Below are positions 19,060 to 28,371 of a DNA stretch of 64,000 bases, piece by piece. The DNA lies in assembly GCA_963695335.1 (NCBI GenBank), contig OY968764.1, forward strand, positions 768,001-832,000, read 5' to 3'. The position numbers and the translations under genes were made by a program. Position 1 is the stretch's first letter. Each line of letters starts with the position of its first letter. The stretch is from an uncultured bacterium (GTDB taxonomy: Bacteria > Babelota > Babeliae > Babelales > Vermiphilaceae). The notes below the pieces were generated by a model. It did not search any database. It was not told where the DNA came from and saw only the letters and a program-made list of their open reading frames with translations.

Positions 19060-21003
19060 TTACGTTATAACTGGGAAGGCCGTTAATATTTTAAATCCAC
19101 ATTCTTGAGTAATATCTTTTTCTAACACAATTTTTGAATTTATCAAATCATAAAATGGTTTTTTTTTGCCTTTAAGAATTCCATTGCCAATTGAATATTG
19201 ATGCGAAAATTCCAAAACAATTTGATCTTTTAATGGATCGTTAAACCATGAAGCTATTTTTTCTGCATGATGTTTTAAATTTTCTTTTACAGCTTTTGTA
19301 GCTATTCGTTTAGAAGTAAAAGTTGTTGCATTTTTCACTTCATCTTTAATAATTCTGAACATTAACTCATCATATGTTTTAGCAATATGTCTTTCTAGTG
19401 TATGTCCACCAGCTTTTTCCATAATATCCAAAATATCATCGCTAATATGGCGTATTTTTTGAACAATATTTTCCGACCACTTTGCTTGTGTTATTGTATT
19501 TTTTATTTGCGGGGAAATGGCTTCAGTGCTTTTGGCGAAAAGCATAGATTCATTTTTAATAAGATCTGCCACTTTAGTTGATACTTCCGCCCCCTCTTCA
19601 ACAATCAATTTACCAAAACCAGCAACTTCAACAGCATATTGTTCAGTGAGTAGCGCGCCAGATTCGAGTGCGTTGTTTAATTCTTTGATAACCAGATTAC
19701 TTGTTGCACGACTAAAGCCATTAATTGCATTGAGCGCTAAAGTATCCAAGATGAGAGTTGTGCCAATTTCCGTGCCATGTTCAACAATCTCTTGCCAAGA
19801 CATTCTTTTAATTTTTGTATATGTTTCTTGCGCGCATTTATGGATTGCATCTTTTTGTGCTTGTGTATACGAGCAATATTGTTCTGCTGCAACAGTTAAA
19901 GCTTCAGTGTTATCTGTTGTTGCTGATAAAACCATTGCATAATGGAGTGCATCTTCTTGTCCTACCGCATCAGCAAATAATAAACCTAGTTGAAGAGCGC
20001 CAGTCGCCATGCCTTTCCAATGTTCAATAGTTGCAAAATCATGTGCACCTTTTACAATTCCTTTACCAATGGCGGATGATGTATCATAGAGAATGTGCAT
20101 TCCGTTTTCTAAAACTTGCGTAATGGTATGGCAAAAGTCTGAAAGCTCAAATGCTTTTAAAGGGCAGTGTTCGTTTTTTGCTTGTGTAGTATAACGGTAC
20201 ACAACAGGAGCTAAGATTTGCACATGAGGATCATGGGAATATGTGCGTTCAAGATAATTCATTTTGTTGCGCGTGTGGGATAATTCTTTATGCAGTTGGT
20301 TATCAAGCGCTATTTTATTGTTTTTGTGTGTCTGTTCGATTGCAGCAAGACGATTGCGTAGTCGCTCATGATTGTTATTTGAATATGTAGTATCAATTTT
20401 TCGAGTGCAATGATGAGCTAATGTATCAAGAGTTTGAGTGTTATTAATATGTAAAGTTCCTTTTTTTTCAGTAGTTTGATGATTGCGAATAATATTAGTT
20501 TCATGTTCTATAAATTTGTGAAATTCTGACGGATTAAAACCGGGAATATGGGTAGTGTGTGTTTTAAAATTTTTATCGGTTTGTACTTTAGAGTGGAGCG
20601 CGAGTATAAATTCGTTGTAGCATGGCAAATTGCGCGCAAAAGAACGAAAATTTGGGTATGCATATAATGCATAATTGTTTAAAATATCATATTTGTTTGT
20701 AACCGATGCAAATATGTATTGAAAGTCAGACACAGACATATAAGCAATATAGGGATTATAATAACTGTTTTTATTGTATGTGTGATGATTATTGTAGGAA
20801 GGCTGGATAGGGTGAATATTATAACTAAAATTAGTTTTAAGAAAATTTTTACATGTATGATGATTAGTATCAGGATAATTGTCAGAAGTAGACCAATGCA
20901 TTGTAACTTCGGGTGTATCAGATGATTTGCTTAAAGAATATGCACAAGAAAATAAGCTTAAAAGCAAGAAAAGGATGTAATTTTTTTGTAGTAGTTTAAT
21001 CAT
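19060..21003 (-). CDS. Secreted polymorphic toxin with C-terminal CdiA-type RNase A-like domain
   Basis: Signal peptide; C-terminal AGGHTLERHI...L.FR...ATTF...IASW...IG.G...KIVL...GFKILTAFP. Confidence 0.75.
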   Translation of the reverse strand: MIKLLQKNYILFLLLSLFSCAYSLSKSSDTPEVTMHWSTSDNYPDTNHHTCKNFLKTNFSYNIHPIQPSYNNHHTYNKNSYYNPYIAYMSVSDFQYIFASVTNKYDILNNYALYAYPNFRSFARNLPCYNEFILALHSKVQTDKNFKTHTTHIPGFNPSEFHKFIEHETNIIRNHQTTEKKGTLHINNTQTLDTLAHHCTRKIDTTYSNNNHERLRNRLAAIEQTHKNNKIALDNQLHKELSHTRNKMNYLERTYSHDPHVQILAPVVYRYTTQAKNEHCPLKAFELSDFCHTITQVLENGMHILYDTSSAIGKGIVKGAHDFATIEHWKGMATGALQLGLLFADAVGQEDALHYAMVLSATTDNTEALTVAAEQYCSYTQAQKDAIHKCAQETYTKIKRMSWQEIVEHGTEIGTTLILDTLALNAINGFSRATSNLVIKELNNALESGALLTEQYAVEVAGFGKLIVEEGAEVSTKVADLIKNESMLFAKSTEAISPQIKNTITQAKWSENIVQKIRHISDDILDIMEKAGGHTLERHIAKTYDELMFRIIKDEVKNATTFTSKRIATKAVKENLKHHAEKIASWFNDPLKDQIVLEFSHQYSIGNGILKGKKKPFYDLINSKIVLEKDITQECGFKILTAFPVIT

Positions 21004-21075
21004 GGATATTTCCCTTTTTATGTTTTGGGGAAGTATACATAATTAAACTATTTTTTGCTAAATTTACTTTATAAG

Positions 21076-21105
21076 AGGGTGATCAATGATCACCCTTATT
21101 TTTTT
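21076..21105. terminator. Hairpin between the two toxin genes
   Basis: AGGGTGATCA-A-TGATCACCCT with a T run on the plus strand. Confidence 0.45.
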
Positions 21106-21125
21106 GAGTTTTGATTACAAATAAC

Positions 21126-21659
21126 TTATTTCACAGGATATGCTGATATAACCTCTGGTGTACCTTGAAATGTATTTATTTGTATTTTTGTTTCGCCTTT
21201 TGTTCCAACAACTCTTCCCATATTTATGATATATATATCACCTTTGCCGTTGGGGTTTGCCTGTGGATTGCCTCTGTTACTCCATGCTTCATCAACCAAA
21301 TCTAATATTTGGTAGTCAGGAACACTAAAAACAGTATGATTTGCTTTTTTAGGATCAGCTTTAGCATGTGCCAATACATGATTGATTCGATTATGTAAGT
21401 TTTGATTTGATTTATACACTAATCCAGCTGATGATGTCCATGTATTTGTACCCACTGGAGCAGGTTGAACCTGTATAGGTTGAACTGGCGCTGGTTGAAT
21501 TGGTGCTGGAATTATTGGTATTACAGGTTGTGTTGGCATCGGTTGAATTGGCGCTGGACGAGTCGGCTGTGCTGTTGGTTTGCCCATTTGTTTAGTATGG
21601 GTTGGTGTGATGATGAAAAAGGTTGTGAGCAGCACTATTTTTTTGAAAATAGTTTTCAT
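21126..21659 (-). CDS. Small secreted protein: signal peptide, Pro/Gln linker and nuclease-toxin-like domain
   Basis: NRINHVLAH...HTVF...LVDEAW...VGTKGE...VISAYPV, a pattern resembling C-terminal domains of RHS/CDI-type toxins. Confidence 0.62.
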   Translation of the reverse strand: MKTIFKKIVLLTTFFIITPTHTKQMGKPTAQPTRPAPIQPMPTQPVIPIIPAPIQPAPVQPIQVQPAPVGTNTWTSSAGLVYKSNQNLHNRINHVLAHAKADPKKANHTVFSVPDYQILDLVDEAWSNRGNPQANPNGKGDIYIINMGRVVGTKGETKIQINTFQGTPEVISAYPVK

Positions 21660-21708
21660 AAGAATTTCCTTTTTTTGTAATTAGAGTTTGTTTGAAAATT
21701 TTAACCCT

Positions 21709-21857
21709 CCGCTCGTCCTGAGTGTTTTTTTGTCTTCAAAAAAATGTATCGAAGGATGCGGATCAACAAAAATATTGAATTAAAAAAATCTTTTTCATGT
21801 TGCACCCTTCGATACATTTTACTACGTTTCACTTCGTAAAACACTCAGGGCGAGCGG
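21709..21857. repeat. Long variant of repeat A (inverted pair with extended internal hairpins)
   Basis: CCGCTCGTCCTGAGTGTTTT...TGTATCGAAGG ... CCTTCGATACA...AAAACACTCAGGGCGAGCGG. Confidence 0.8.
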
Positions 21858-21940
21858 CGGGGAAGTAATTAAAAAATTTAGTTTTAAGTTAAGTTTTTAA
21901 CAGCCTGACATAAATGTACACCAGGCTGTTTTTGATTTGT

Positions 21941-23350
21941 TTAGAGTAGCTCACCTGCAAGTCGACTTAATTCACTACGCTCACTGACAGGCAAGAACAC
22001 TGAACCAAACAGTGGTTGTCCTTTGAAGCGTTCACTGGCAACAACCAAACCGTTGCTTGCAAAATCAAGATATGGTGAATCAATTTGATATGGATCACCG
22101 GTTAAAATGATTTTACTTCCTTCACCAACACGCGTAACTAATGTTTTAATTTCATGCGGTGTTAAGTTTTGCGCTTCATCAATTAAAATGAGTTGATAAG
22201 GAATAGTACGCCCACGCATGTAGGTGATAGCTTCGAGTGAAATTTTGCCTTGATGAATTAAATCTTCAAAGGTAATACCGTGATGTTTTTTGTGTTTATG
22301 TTTACCTTTATGATTGTGATTATGTTTACCACCACCTTTATGACTCGGTTCATCTTCTTCTTTTGTTTCTTGAAATTTATTTGATTTGTTGATGGTGTGC
22401 ATGATGTATTGCATATTATCATAAATTGGCATCATCCAGCTTTGCAATTTTTCTGCCACAGTTCCTGGTAAAAATCCAATATCACGACCAAGTGGAACAA
22501 CAGGACGGGAAATAATCATGCGATCATAATTTTTGTTCACAAAGAGTGAATGTAATCCTGCAAGAAGCGCTAAGAATGTTTTACCGGTACCAGCTGGACC
22601 AAATAAACATGCAAATTGAATGCTCGGGTCGAGCAGAAGTTCCAAAGCCATTAACTGTTGTGCATTACGTGCTGCAATTGGCCAGTTGAGTGTTGGGTTG
22701 ACTATTGGTTTAAATTTATCACCACCAAGATAACGGAACACGCGATTATTATGTGGGTTGTTGTTGCTTTCTACTAAAACAAATTCATTTGGTGTAATTA
22801 TTTTATCTTTAGCAAGTCCGACAAGTTGTGGAGGGAAATCTTTTTTGAGTTCTACTGCAGGGACAGATATTTGTACCCATCCTTGGTAGAATACTTTTTC
22901 TGTTACTGTTTCTTTTGAATAATCTTCTGTTGCAATCCCGATAGCATCTGCCTTAACACGCGCATTAAGATCTTTAGAAATAAAGATCACATCGTACCCA
23001 TCTTGTTTCATACCAAGCGCGGTAAGTAAAATGGTGTTGTCTTCAGTTGCTGCTCTGATAAGGGGAGTTTTTTCTAATTTAGTATCATCATAAAAAAGAA
23101 TTTGGAGGGTACCTCCACCCTCCAAAGTAACTCCATCACGTAAAGATCCTCGTTCTCGTAGCTCATCGAGGGATCGTATAGTTTGGCGTGAATTACGACC
23201 GCGTTCAGTTCCCTCCCCTTTGAATTGATCAAGCTCCTCAAGAACAGTTGCTGGTATACCAACATGCGCACCATCAAAGCTGAACATTGCTTTTGGGTCA
23301 TGTATGAGAACATTGGTATCCAGAATAAAGATTTTTTTGTCTTTAGGCAT
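21941..23350 (-). CDS. PhoH-family protein (PIN domain plus PhoH ATPase)
   Basis: LDTNVLIHDP, GPAGTGKT, RGRT, IDEAQN, GDPYQID, RSELS. Confidence 0.92.
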   Translation of the reverse strand: MPKDKKIFILDTNVLIHDPKAMFSFDGAHVGIPATVLEELDQFKGEGTERGRNSRQTIRSLDELRERGSLRDGVTLEGGGTLQILFYDDTKLEKTPLIRAATEDNTILLTALGMKQDGYDVIFISKDLNARVKADAIGIATEDYSKETVTEKVFYQGWVQISVPAVELKKDFPPQLVGLAKDKIITPNEFVLVESNNNPHNNRVFRYLGGDKFKPIVNPTLNWPIAARNAQQLMALELLLDPSIQFACLFGPAGTGKTFLALLAGLHSLFVNKNYDRMIISRPVVPLGRDIGFLPGTVAEKLQSWMMPIYDNMQYIMHTINKSNKFQETKEEDEPSHKGGGKHNHNHKGKHKHKKHHGITFEDLIHQGKISLEAITYMRGRTIPYQLILIDEAQNLTPHEIKTLVTRVGEGSKIILTGDPYQIDSPYLDFASNGLVVASERFKGQPLFGSVFLPVSERSELSRLAGELL

Positions 23351-23511
23351 CTTTCATCCCATGTTTAAGGGTTATCACTACTCTCGCTTGCAGCGTAGCA
23401 CAATGAGTTTGAGTGAAGCAATGGATGCGCTCCCCCTTATCTGTTTTTAATCTTTGTGGTATTCTTTACGTATATTTGAAAAAATAATTATTTTAAAATA
23501 TTTGATGGTTA

Positions 23512-23685
23512 CCGTTCGATATGTTTCGACCCGCCTTCGCTAAAGCTGCGACGGGCAGGCGGGCGTTTACTACTGAGTAAAGACGAAGTGTCAACACGAA
23601 CGGGTTAATTTAGTTTAATTAGTTCGTCCTGCTATGTCCTACGAAGCCTTGGCGAAGTAGGAAGCCTGTCGAAGGATATACGAAC
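23512..23685. repeat. Two nested A/B composite repeats in the thrS leader (23512-23603; 23622-23685)
   Basis: B copies at 23530-23560 and 23632-23662 interrupt A arms. Confidence 0.85.
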
Positions 23686-23701
23686 GATAATAGGATTCAT
23701 T

Positions 23702-25405
23702 ATGCACGAAAAAGATTTATCAGTATTGCGCCATTCGGCAGCCCATCTCCTTGCACATGCAGTTAAAGAACTGTTTCCGTCAACAATTTTAACCATCGGT
23801 CCAGCAACAAAAGAAGGTTTTTTTTATGATATGTTGCCGGAAAGAAATTTTAAAGATGAAGATTTAGTTCGCATAGAAGAAAAAATGCATGAACTTTCAC
23901 GTCAAAATATTCCGCTGACGCATAAACAAATTTCAAAAGATGTTGCGCGTGAAATGTATAGTAACAATCCATTCAAACTTGAACTGATTAATGACATTCC
24001 TGGTGATACAGTAGGTCTTGCCGAGCAAGGTGATTTTTATGATCTGTGCCGCGGTGGGCATGTTGCATCAACAGGTGATATTAAGTTTTTCAAATTACTT
24101 TTCATTTCTGGTTCTTACTGGCGCGCAGATAAAGATAAACAACCGTTGCAACGTATCACCGGTACAGCATTTTTTACACAAGAAGATTTGCAAGCATTTT
24201 TACAACAACGTGAAGATGCGATTCAATTTGATCACCGGAGACTTGGTAAAGAGCTGGATCTCTTTTCATTTCATGAAGAAGGTGTTGGGTTTCCGTTTTT
24301 CCATCCACGTGGAACCATTGTTTTGAATGAATTAATGGCTCATGTCAGAAAATATTTAAGAAAAGCTCGCTATCAAGAACTTTCAACTCCCGTTATGTTG
24401 AGTGATGAATTATGGCGTAGATCTGGGCATTATCAACATTATAAAGATAATATGTATTTTTCTATGGTTGAGGGGCATTCTTATGCACTCAAACCAATGA
24501 ACTGTCCTGCAGCTATTTTGGTATATAAAGAACGCCCACATTCGTATCGTGAATTACCATTACGTTGGTCAGATTTTGGAACTTTGCATCGCCATGAACT
24601 TTCTGGAGTTTTGAGTGGACTGTTTAGAGTACGTTCATTCCGTCAAGATGACGCGCACATTTTTTGTACGCCAGAACAGATAGAAAAAGAGATCGTAGAT
24701 TTTATTGCAGTGCATGATGAAGTTCTTAAACCGTTTGGGTTTGGCAATATTGTGATAGGTGTTTCCACTCGTCCTGCAAAAGCTATGGGGAGTGATGAGT
24801 TATGGGAAGTTGCAACAAAAGCTTTGATCAATGGACTTGATAAAGCGGGAAAAACATACGCAATCTATGAAGGTGAAGGCGCGTTTTATGGGCCTAAAAT
24901 AGAGTTTGGTATTGAAGATTCATTAAAACGTGTGTGGCAATGTGGTACTATTCAAGTTGATTTCTTTCAACCGGAAAATTTTGATTTGAGTTACATTTCT
25001 CCTGAAGGTACAAAGGCACGACCAGTCATGTTGCATCGCGCAATTTATGGATCATTTGAACGTTTCTTTGGAATTATTTTAGAACATTTTAAAGGTCGTT
25101 TACCATTCTGGTTGTCACCAGTTCAGATGAAAATTTTAACAATTACTGATGAACAAAAAGAGTATGCGCACCAGATTATGAATCAGCTGTTTGATTATGG
25201 TGTGCGTGTAGAAATTGATAACTCTTCTGATCCTATTGCTGGTCAAATTAAACGTGCGCAACTTGAGCGTGTGCCGTTGATGGTTGTGATTGGTAAAAAA
25301 GAGGTGGAAAATAAAACGGTCACATTGCGTGATTTGGATGGCAAGCAAGAATTTGGAGTCAGTTTTGAAGCATTATTGCAAAAAATTGATGCGCTCAAAA
25401 TATAG
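23702..25405 (+). CDS. thrS: Threonine--tRNA ligase (no N-terminal TGS domain)
   Basis: RHSAAHLLA, DLCRGGH, DHRRLG, KPMNCP, QDDAHIF, FYGPK, HRAIYGSFERF. Confidence 0.97.
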   Translation: MHEKDLSVLRHSAAHLLAHAVKELFPSTILTIGPATKEGFFYDMLPERNFKDEDLVRIEEKMHELSRQNIPLTHKQISKDVAREMYSNNPFKLELINDIPGDTVGLAEQGDFYDLCRGGHVASTGDIKFFKLLFISGSYWRADKDKQPLQRITGTAFFTQEDLQAFLQQREDAIQFDHRRLGKELDLFSFHEEGVGFPFFHPRGTIVLNELMAHVRKYLRKARYQELSTPVMLSDELWRRSGHYQHYKDNMYFSMVEGHSYALKPMNCPAAILVYKERPHSYRELPLRWSDFGTLHRHELSGVLSGLFRVRSFRQDDAHIFCTPEQIEKEIVDFIAVHDEVLKPFGFGNIVIGVSTRPAKAMGSDELWEVATKALINGLDKAGKTYAIYEGEGAFYGPKIEFGIEDSLKRVWQCGTIQVDFFQPENFDLSYISPEGTKARPVMLHRAIYGSFERFFGIILEHFKGRLPFWLSPVQMKILTITDEQKEYAHQIMNQLFDYGVRVEIDNSSDPIAGQIKRAQLERVPLMVVIGKKEVENKTVTLRDLDGKQEFGVSFEALLQKIDALKI

Positions 25406-25460
25406 AATATGATCTGCATATCACAATCCCTTGTTATCATTATGATGGTGGCAAGGGATT

Positions 25461-26432
25461 TTATTTTTCAGCAGGCGTAATTAAATTTTTACAAACCATT
25501 TTTTGTGCAAAATAATAGTTCAATGTTTTTTGTGGTAGTGTATTATTTGCTAATGTTGTGGTGAGTGGAATTATTGCGTGATGTAGAACATCTTTATTAG
25601 TGCTACGATCGCGGTCGACTTTGTGCATAATCAGATGAGTACCTTGTTTATTAAATGCTATGGTTTCGCAAGAACCAGGAATTTTAGGAAAAATAGGGTA
25701 TTCTTTTTTTTGAGTGAGTAAGTTTTTGATTTTTATGGGAGTTTTCCATCCAATTATATTATCTATTTTTTTAAGATAGAGTATTGCATAAATGTTGCCG
25801 CAAGAAGAAATAGTCAGATTCTGAAAATATTTTTCTCGACGTTTTGTCTTATCTTTTTTGTAAGCAGAAATATTATGAATTTCTTCATTTGTTTTGGTAT
25901 TAACAATTGATAAGGTGTCAACTTTAAAGCTTTTATGAGAAACATATGTCATGGCGCACATATTTTTGTCTGGGGAATACACAGTTAAAAGGACATGAGT
26001 ACCTAAAATCGCTTTATGTTTTAGTAACCAGGTCAATGGCATAACCCTATCTTTACGAAACCTTTCTTCTGTTGGTTCTTCTGGAGAGACCTCTTCTTGA
26101 GAGTTTTCTACTTCTTTTTTGTACATTCTTATAAATATTGGTTTGGAACCTTCTGAGTCAGAACCAAAGTCCATTTCTTCTTCTTTCTCTATGACAACTG
26201 TTTTTGTTTTAGAGTAGAAAGATTTGGGGTACGATGAAGGGCCTTTTTTACGGTTAATAAATTCTTCTTCTGTTTCAACATCATCAAATGTCAAAAAGCT
26301 GGCGATATAATTCATGAGATCAGCCGGCATGTTTGCAAAAAAACATGGAGGGTTTTCTGGCTGCATGGCATTGAGGTGTGTGGAAATAGTGAGTGTGATG
26401 ATAAAGATGAATATATTGTTTTTCATGAGCAT
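25461..26432 (-). CDS. Secreted protein with F-box-like motif and WD40/beta-propeller-like segments
   Basis: Leader ending LNAMQ; FANMPADLMNYIASFL; YSPDKN, ISSCGN, AFNKQGTHL. Confidence 0.5.
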   Translation of the reverse strand: MLMKNNIFIFIITLTISTHLNAMQPENPPCFFANMPADLMNYIASFLTFDDVETEEEFINRKKGPSSYPKSFYSKTKTVVIEKEEEMDFGSDSEGSKPIFIRMYKKEVENSQEEVSPEEPTEERFRKDRVMPLTWLLKHKAILGTHVLLTVYSPDKNMCAMTYVSHKSFKVDTLSIVNTKTNEEIHNISAYKKDKTKRREKYFQNLTISSCGNIYAILYLKKIDNIIGWKTPIKIKNLLTQKKEYPIFPKIPGSCETIAFNKQGTHLIMHKVDRDRSTNKDVLHHAIIPLTTTLANNTLPQKTLNYYFAQKMVCKNLITPAEK

Positions 26433-26493
26433 TTCTTTATTATGTATTTTACATTGCCCATAAGTATAATGCTTAAATTGTCATAAAAAAAGT

Positions 26494-27363
26494 CTATTCT
26501 TGTTGCCAACTATCTTGTGCAACTAATGCTACAACCACCGGAATAGATACACCTTTTCTTTCCCACCACACAATGTATGGTTGATCAATAACAAGATTAT
26601 TGGAACAACATATAGATTCCATCAATGCAATTGCAACCGCACTTTTCACTTCAGCGCCAGTTTCATCAAGAGTAAACTTTGTTTGTTGTTTTGCTTGTTC
26701 TATGCTGTAGGTATCAAATCCCATGCCTAAAAGCCATGATACATCTGGCTGATGATCAATACATGCTTTGGGGAAAATAAGTTTGCCATTGTAATCATAT
26801 GATTCTGTGAGATCTCTTTTGATGGTGTTGACAGTATCAAGCAGTTCAAAACCACTTTGTTGTTCTGTTGCTTTGGTAAGATAAATAATGTCACCTGATT
26901 GCGTGCATAGTTGTGCAATAGGATGTTCATGGTTGGCAGATGAAAAAACTTTATACCCTTTAGAAATTTCAACACCATCATATGTTTGTCCATTATCTGG
27001 GCATAAAATAGTAGTTGGTGTTCCTGCATGCAACCATTCTGTTTTGATATCAAGTATAGATACCACACCAAAACCACGGTCGAAAGGTTCTAGGCGTATA
27101 TCAAAATCTTTGCTTGCAAGAATATTGTTAAGTTCTTCATAACTTCTTGAAGCCCATGCGCCGAGTTCATTTTGCGTGAAATGTGATAGTTCTTTGTGTG
27201 CTGGAGCATACGTGTTAATTAATGTGTGTTGCTGGTGATTGGTTGTAAAAAATTGTTGATACCATGTATCAGATATGTTTTGTGTCCCTGATGCAAAAAT
27301 GATTGATTGTGCTAATGCTTTGATGATCGGTAAGAGAGCGACTGTTTCTGTTGTCATTATCAT
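26494..27363 (-). CDS. Serpin-like protein
   Basis: C-terminal QQTKFTLDETGAEVKSAVA...LVIDQPYIVW resembles the serpin hinge and signature; upstream IFPK. Confidence 0.55.
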   Translation of the reverse strand: MIMTTETVALLPIIKALAQSIIFASGTQNISDTWYQQFFTTNHQQHTLINTYAPAHKELSHFTQNELGAWASRSYEELNNILASKDFDIRLEPFDRGFGVVSILDIKTEWLHAGTPTTILCPDNGQTYDGVEISKGYKVFSSANHEHPIAQLCTQSGDIIYLTKATEQQSGFELLDTVNTIKRDLTESYDYNGKLIFPKACIDHQPDVSWLLGMGFDTYSIEQAKQQTKFTLDETGAEVKSAVAIALMESICCSNNLVIDQPYIVWWERKGVSIPVVVALVAQDSWQQE

Positions 27364-27473
27364 GAATGTCCCTTTAACAAATAATGTTAATGTTAATTAT
27401 TCCTGTTTATATAATACCATACAGGTGAAATGGTGTCGAAAGGGGGTATTTTTGATATTTTTTCTAATGAAAA

Positions 27474-28151
27474 TTAACGATGTCGTGTAACGCCAACTTG
27501 TGGGCAGAGTGGCAGCAGCGGGCAGATTGAGCATTTGGGAGAAATGGGCACACAGATATTTTGTCCCCACATGACCATCAGTTTGTTATATTCTGACCAA
27601 TATTTTTGCGGTAACAGTTTTTTGAGCGCTTCTTCTGTTTGCTCAGGGGTTTCTGTTTTTACCAAGCCTAGGCGGTTAGAGATGCGGTGGACATGAGTAT
27701 CAACGCAGATGGCAGGGATGCCAAAGCCTTCAGCAAGGGTCAGATTGGCAGTTTTGGGCCCTACGCCGGGCAATTCGATAAGTTTTTCATACGTATTGGG
27801 GACTTTGCCATTGTACTGTTTGAGTAAGATGGTACAAATTTTTAAGATTTGTGTCGTTTTCTGGCGATAAAAGCCGGTTGGGTAGATCAATTTTTGAATG
27901 GTTGCAGGAGATAAAAGTAGTAATGCTTGCGGGGTTTGAGCATGCTCAAATAAGCGCTGTGATGCAGGTAATGAAACAGAATCTTTTGTCCGTAAACTTA
28001 AAATACAACTGACAAGAATTAAAAAAGGGTTGCGCCCGTAGAGCTCAGTGATGCTGGTTGCGGCTGGTTGAACCATGCCTTTTGTTGCATCCTGCAATAT
28101 TTCTATTATAGAAATTGCGCGTTTTTTTAAATTGTCTTGTCCTTTTGCCAC
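27474..28151 (-). CDS. nth: Endonuclease III
   Basis: LPGVGPKTA HhH, VDTHVHRI, C-x6-C-x2-C-x5-C Fe-S motif. Confidence 0.95.
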   Translation of the reverse strand: MAKGQDNLKKRAISIIEILQDATKGMVQPAATSITELYGRNPFLILVSCILSLRTKDSVSLPASQRLFEHAQTPQALLLLSPATIQKLIYPTGFYRQKTTQILKICTILLKQYNGKVPNTYEKLIELPGVGPKTANLTLAEGFGIPAICVDTHVHRISNRLGLVKTETPEQTEEALKKLLPQKYWSEYNKLMVMWGQNICVPISPKCSICPLLPLCPQVGVTRHR

Positions 28152-28207
28152 ATTACTACTCTCATTATTTGGTATAGCTGTGAAATTATGTTAGGATGAG
28201 AATTATG

Positions 28208-28288
28208 TTAGCATCCTGGAGGCATTTCTCCGAATATGAGTGCGAATGCTGCTATGATAAGTGTAGCGAAATTGAAATAGTTTTTCAT
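28208..28288 (-). CDS. Putative 26-aa small peptide MKNYFNFATLIIAAFALIFGEMPPGC (absent from the ORF track)
   Basis: Hand translation; GGAG RBS at 28297-28294 just upstream of ATG; signal-peptide-like n/h regions. Confidence 0.55.
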   Translation of the reverse strand: MKNYFNFATLIIAAFALIFGEMPPGC

Positions 28289-28371
28289 AATGACTCCAAA
28301 TAGGGTTTTTACAATTTCTTGATTAAATAAAAGAAAGTATAATAAAGCCCTTTTAAAAGCGCAATATAATT

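Noticed and set aside
23702..25405. ThrRS without a TGS domain as a truncation
   Set aside because: Short ThrRS forms are common; all catalytic motifs and an RBS are present.
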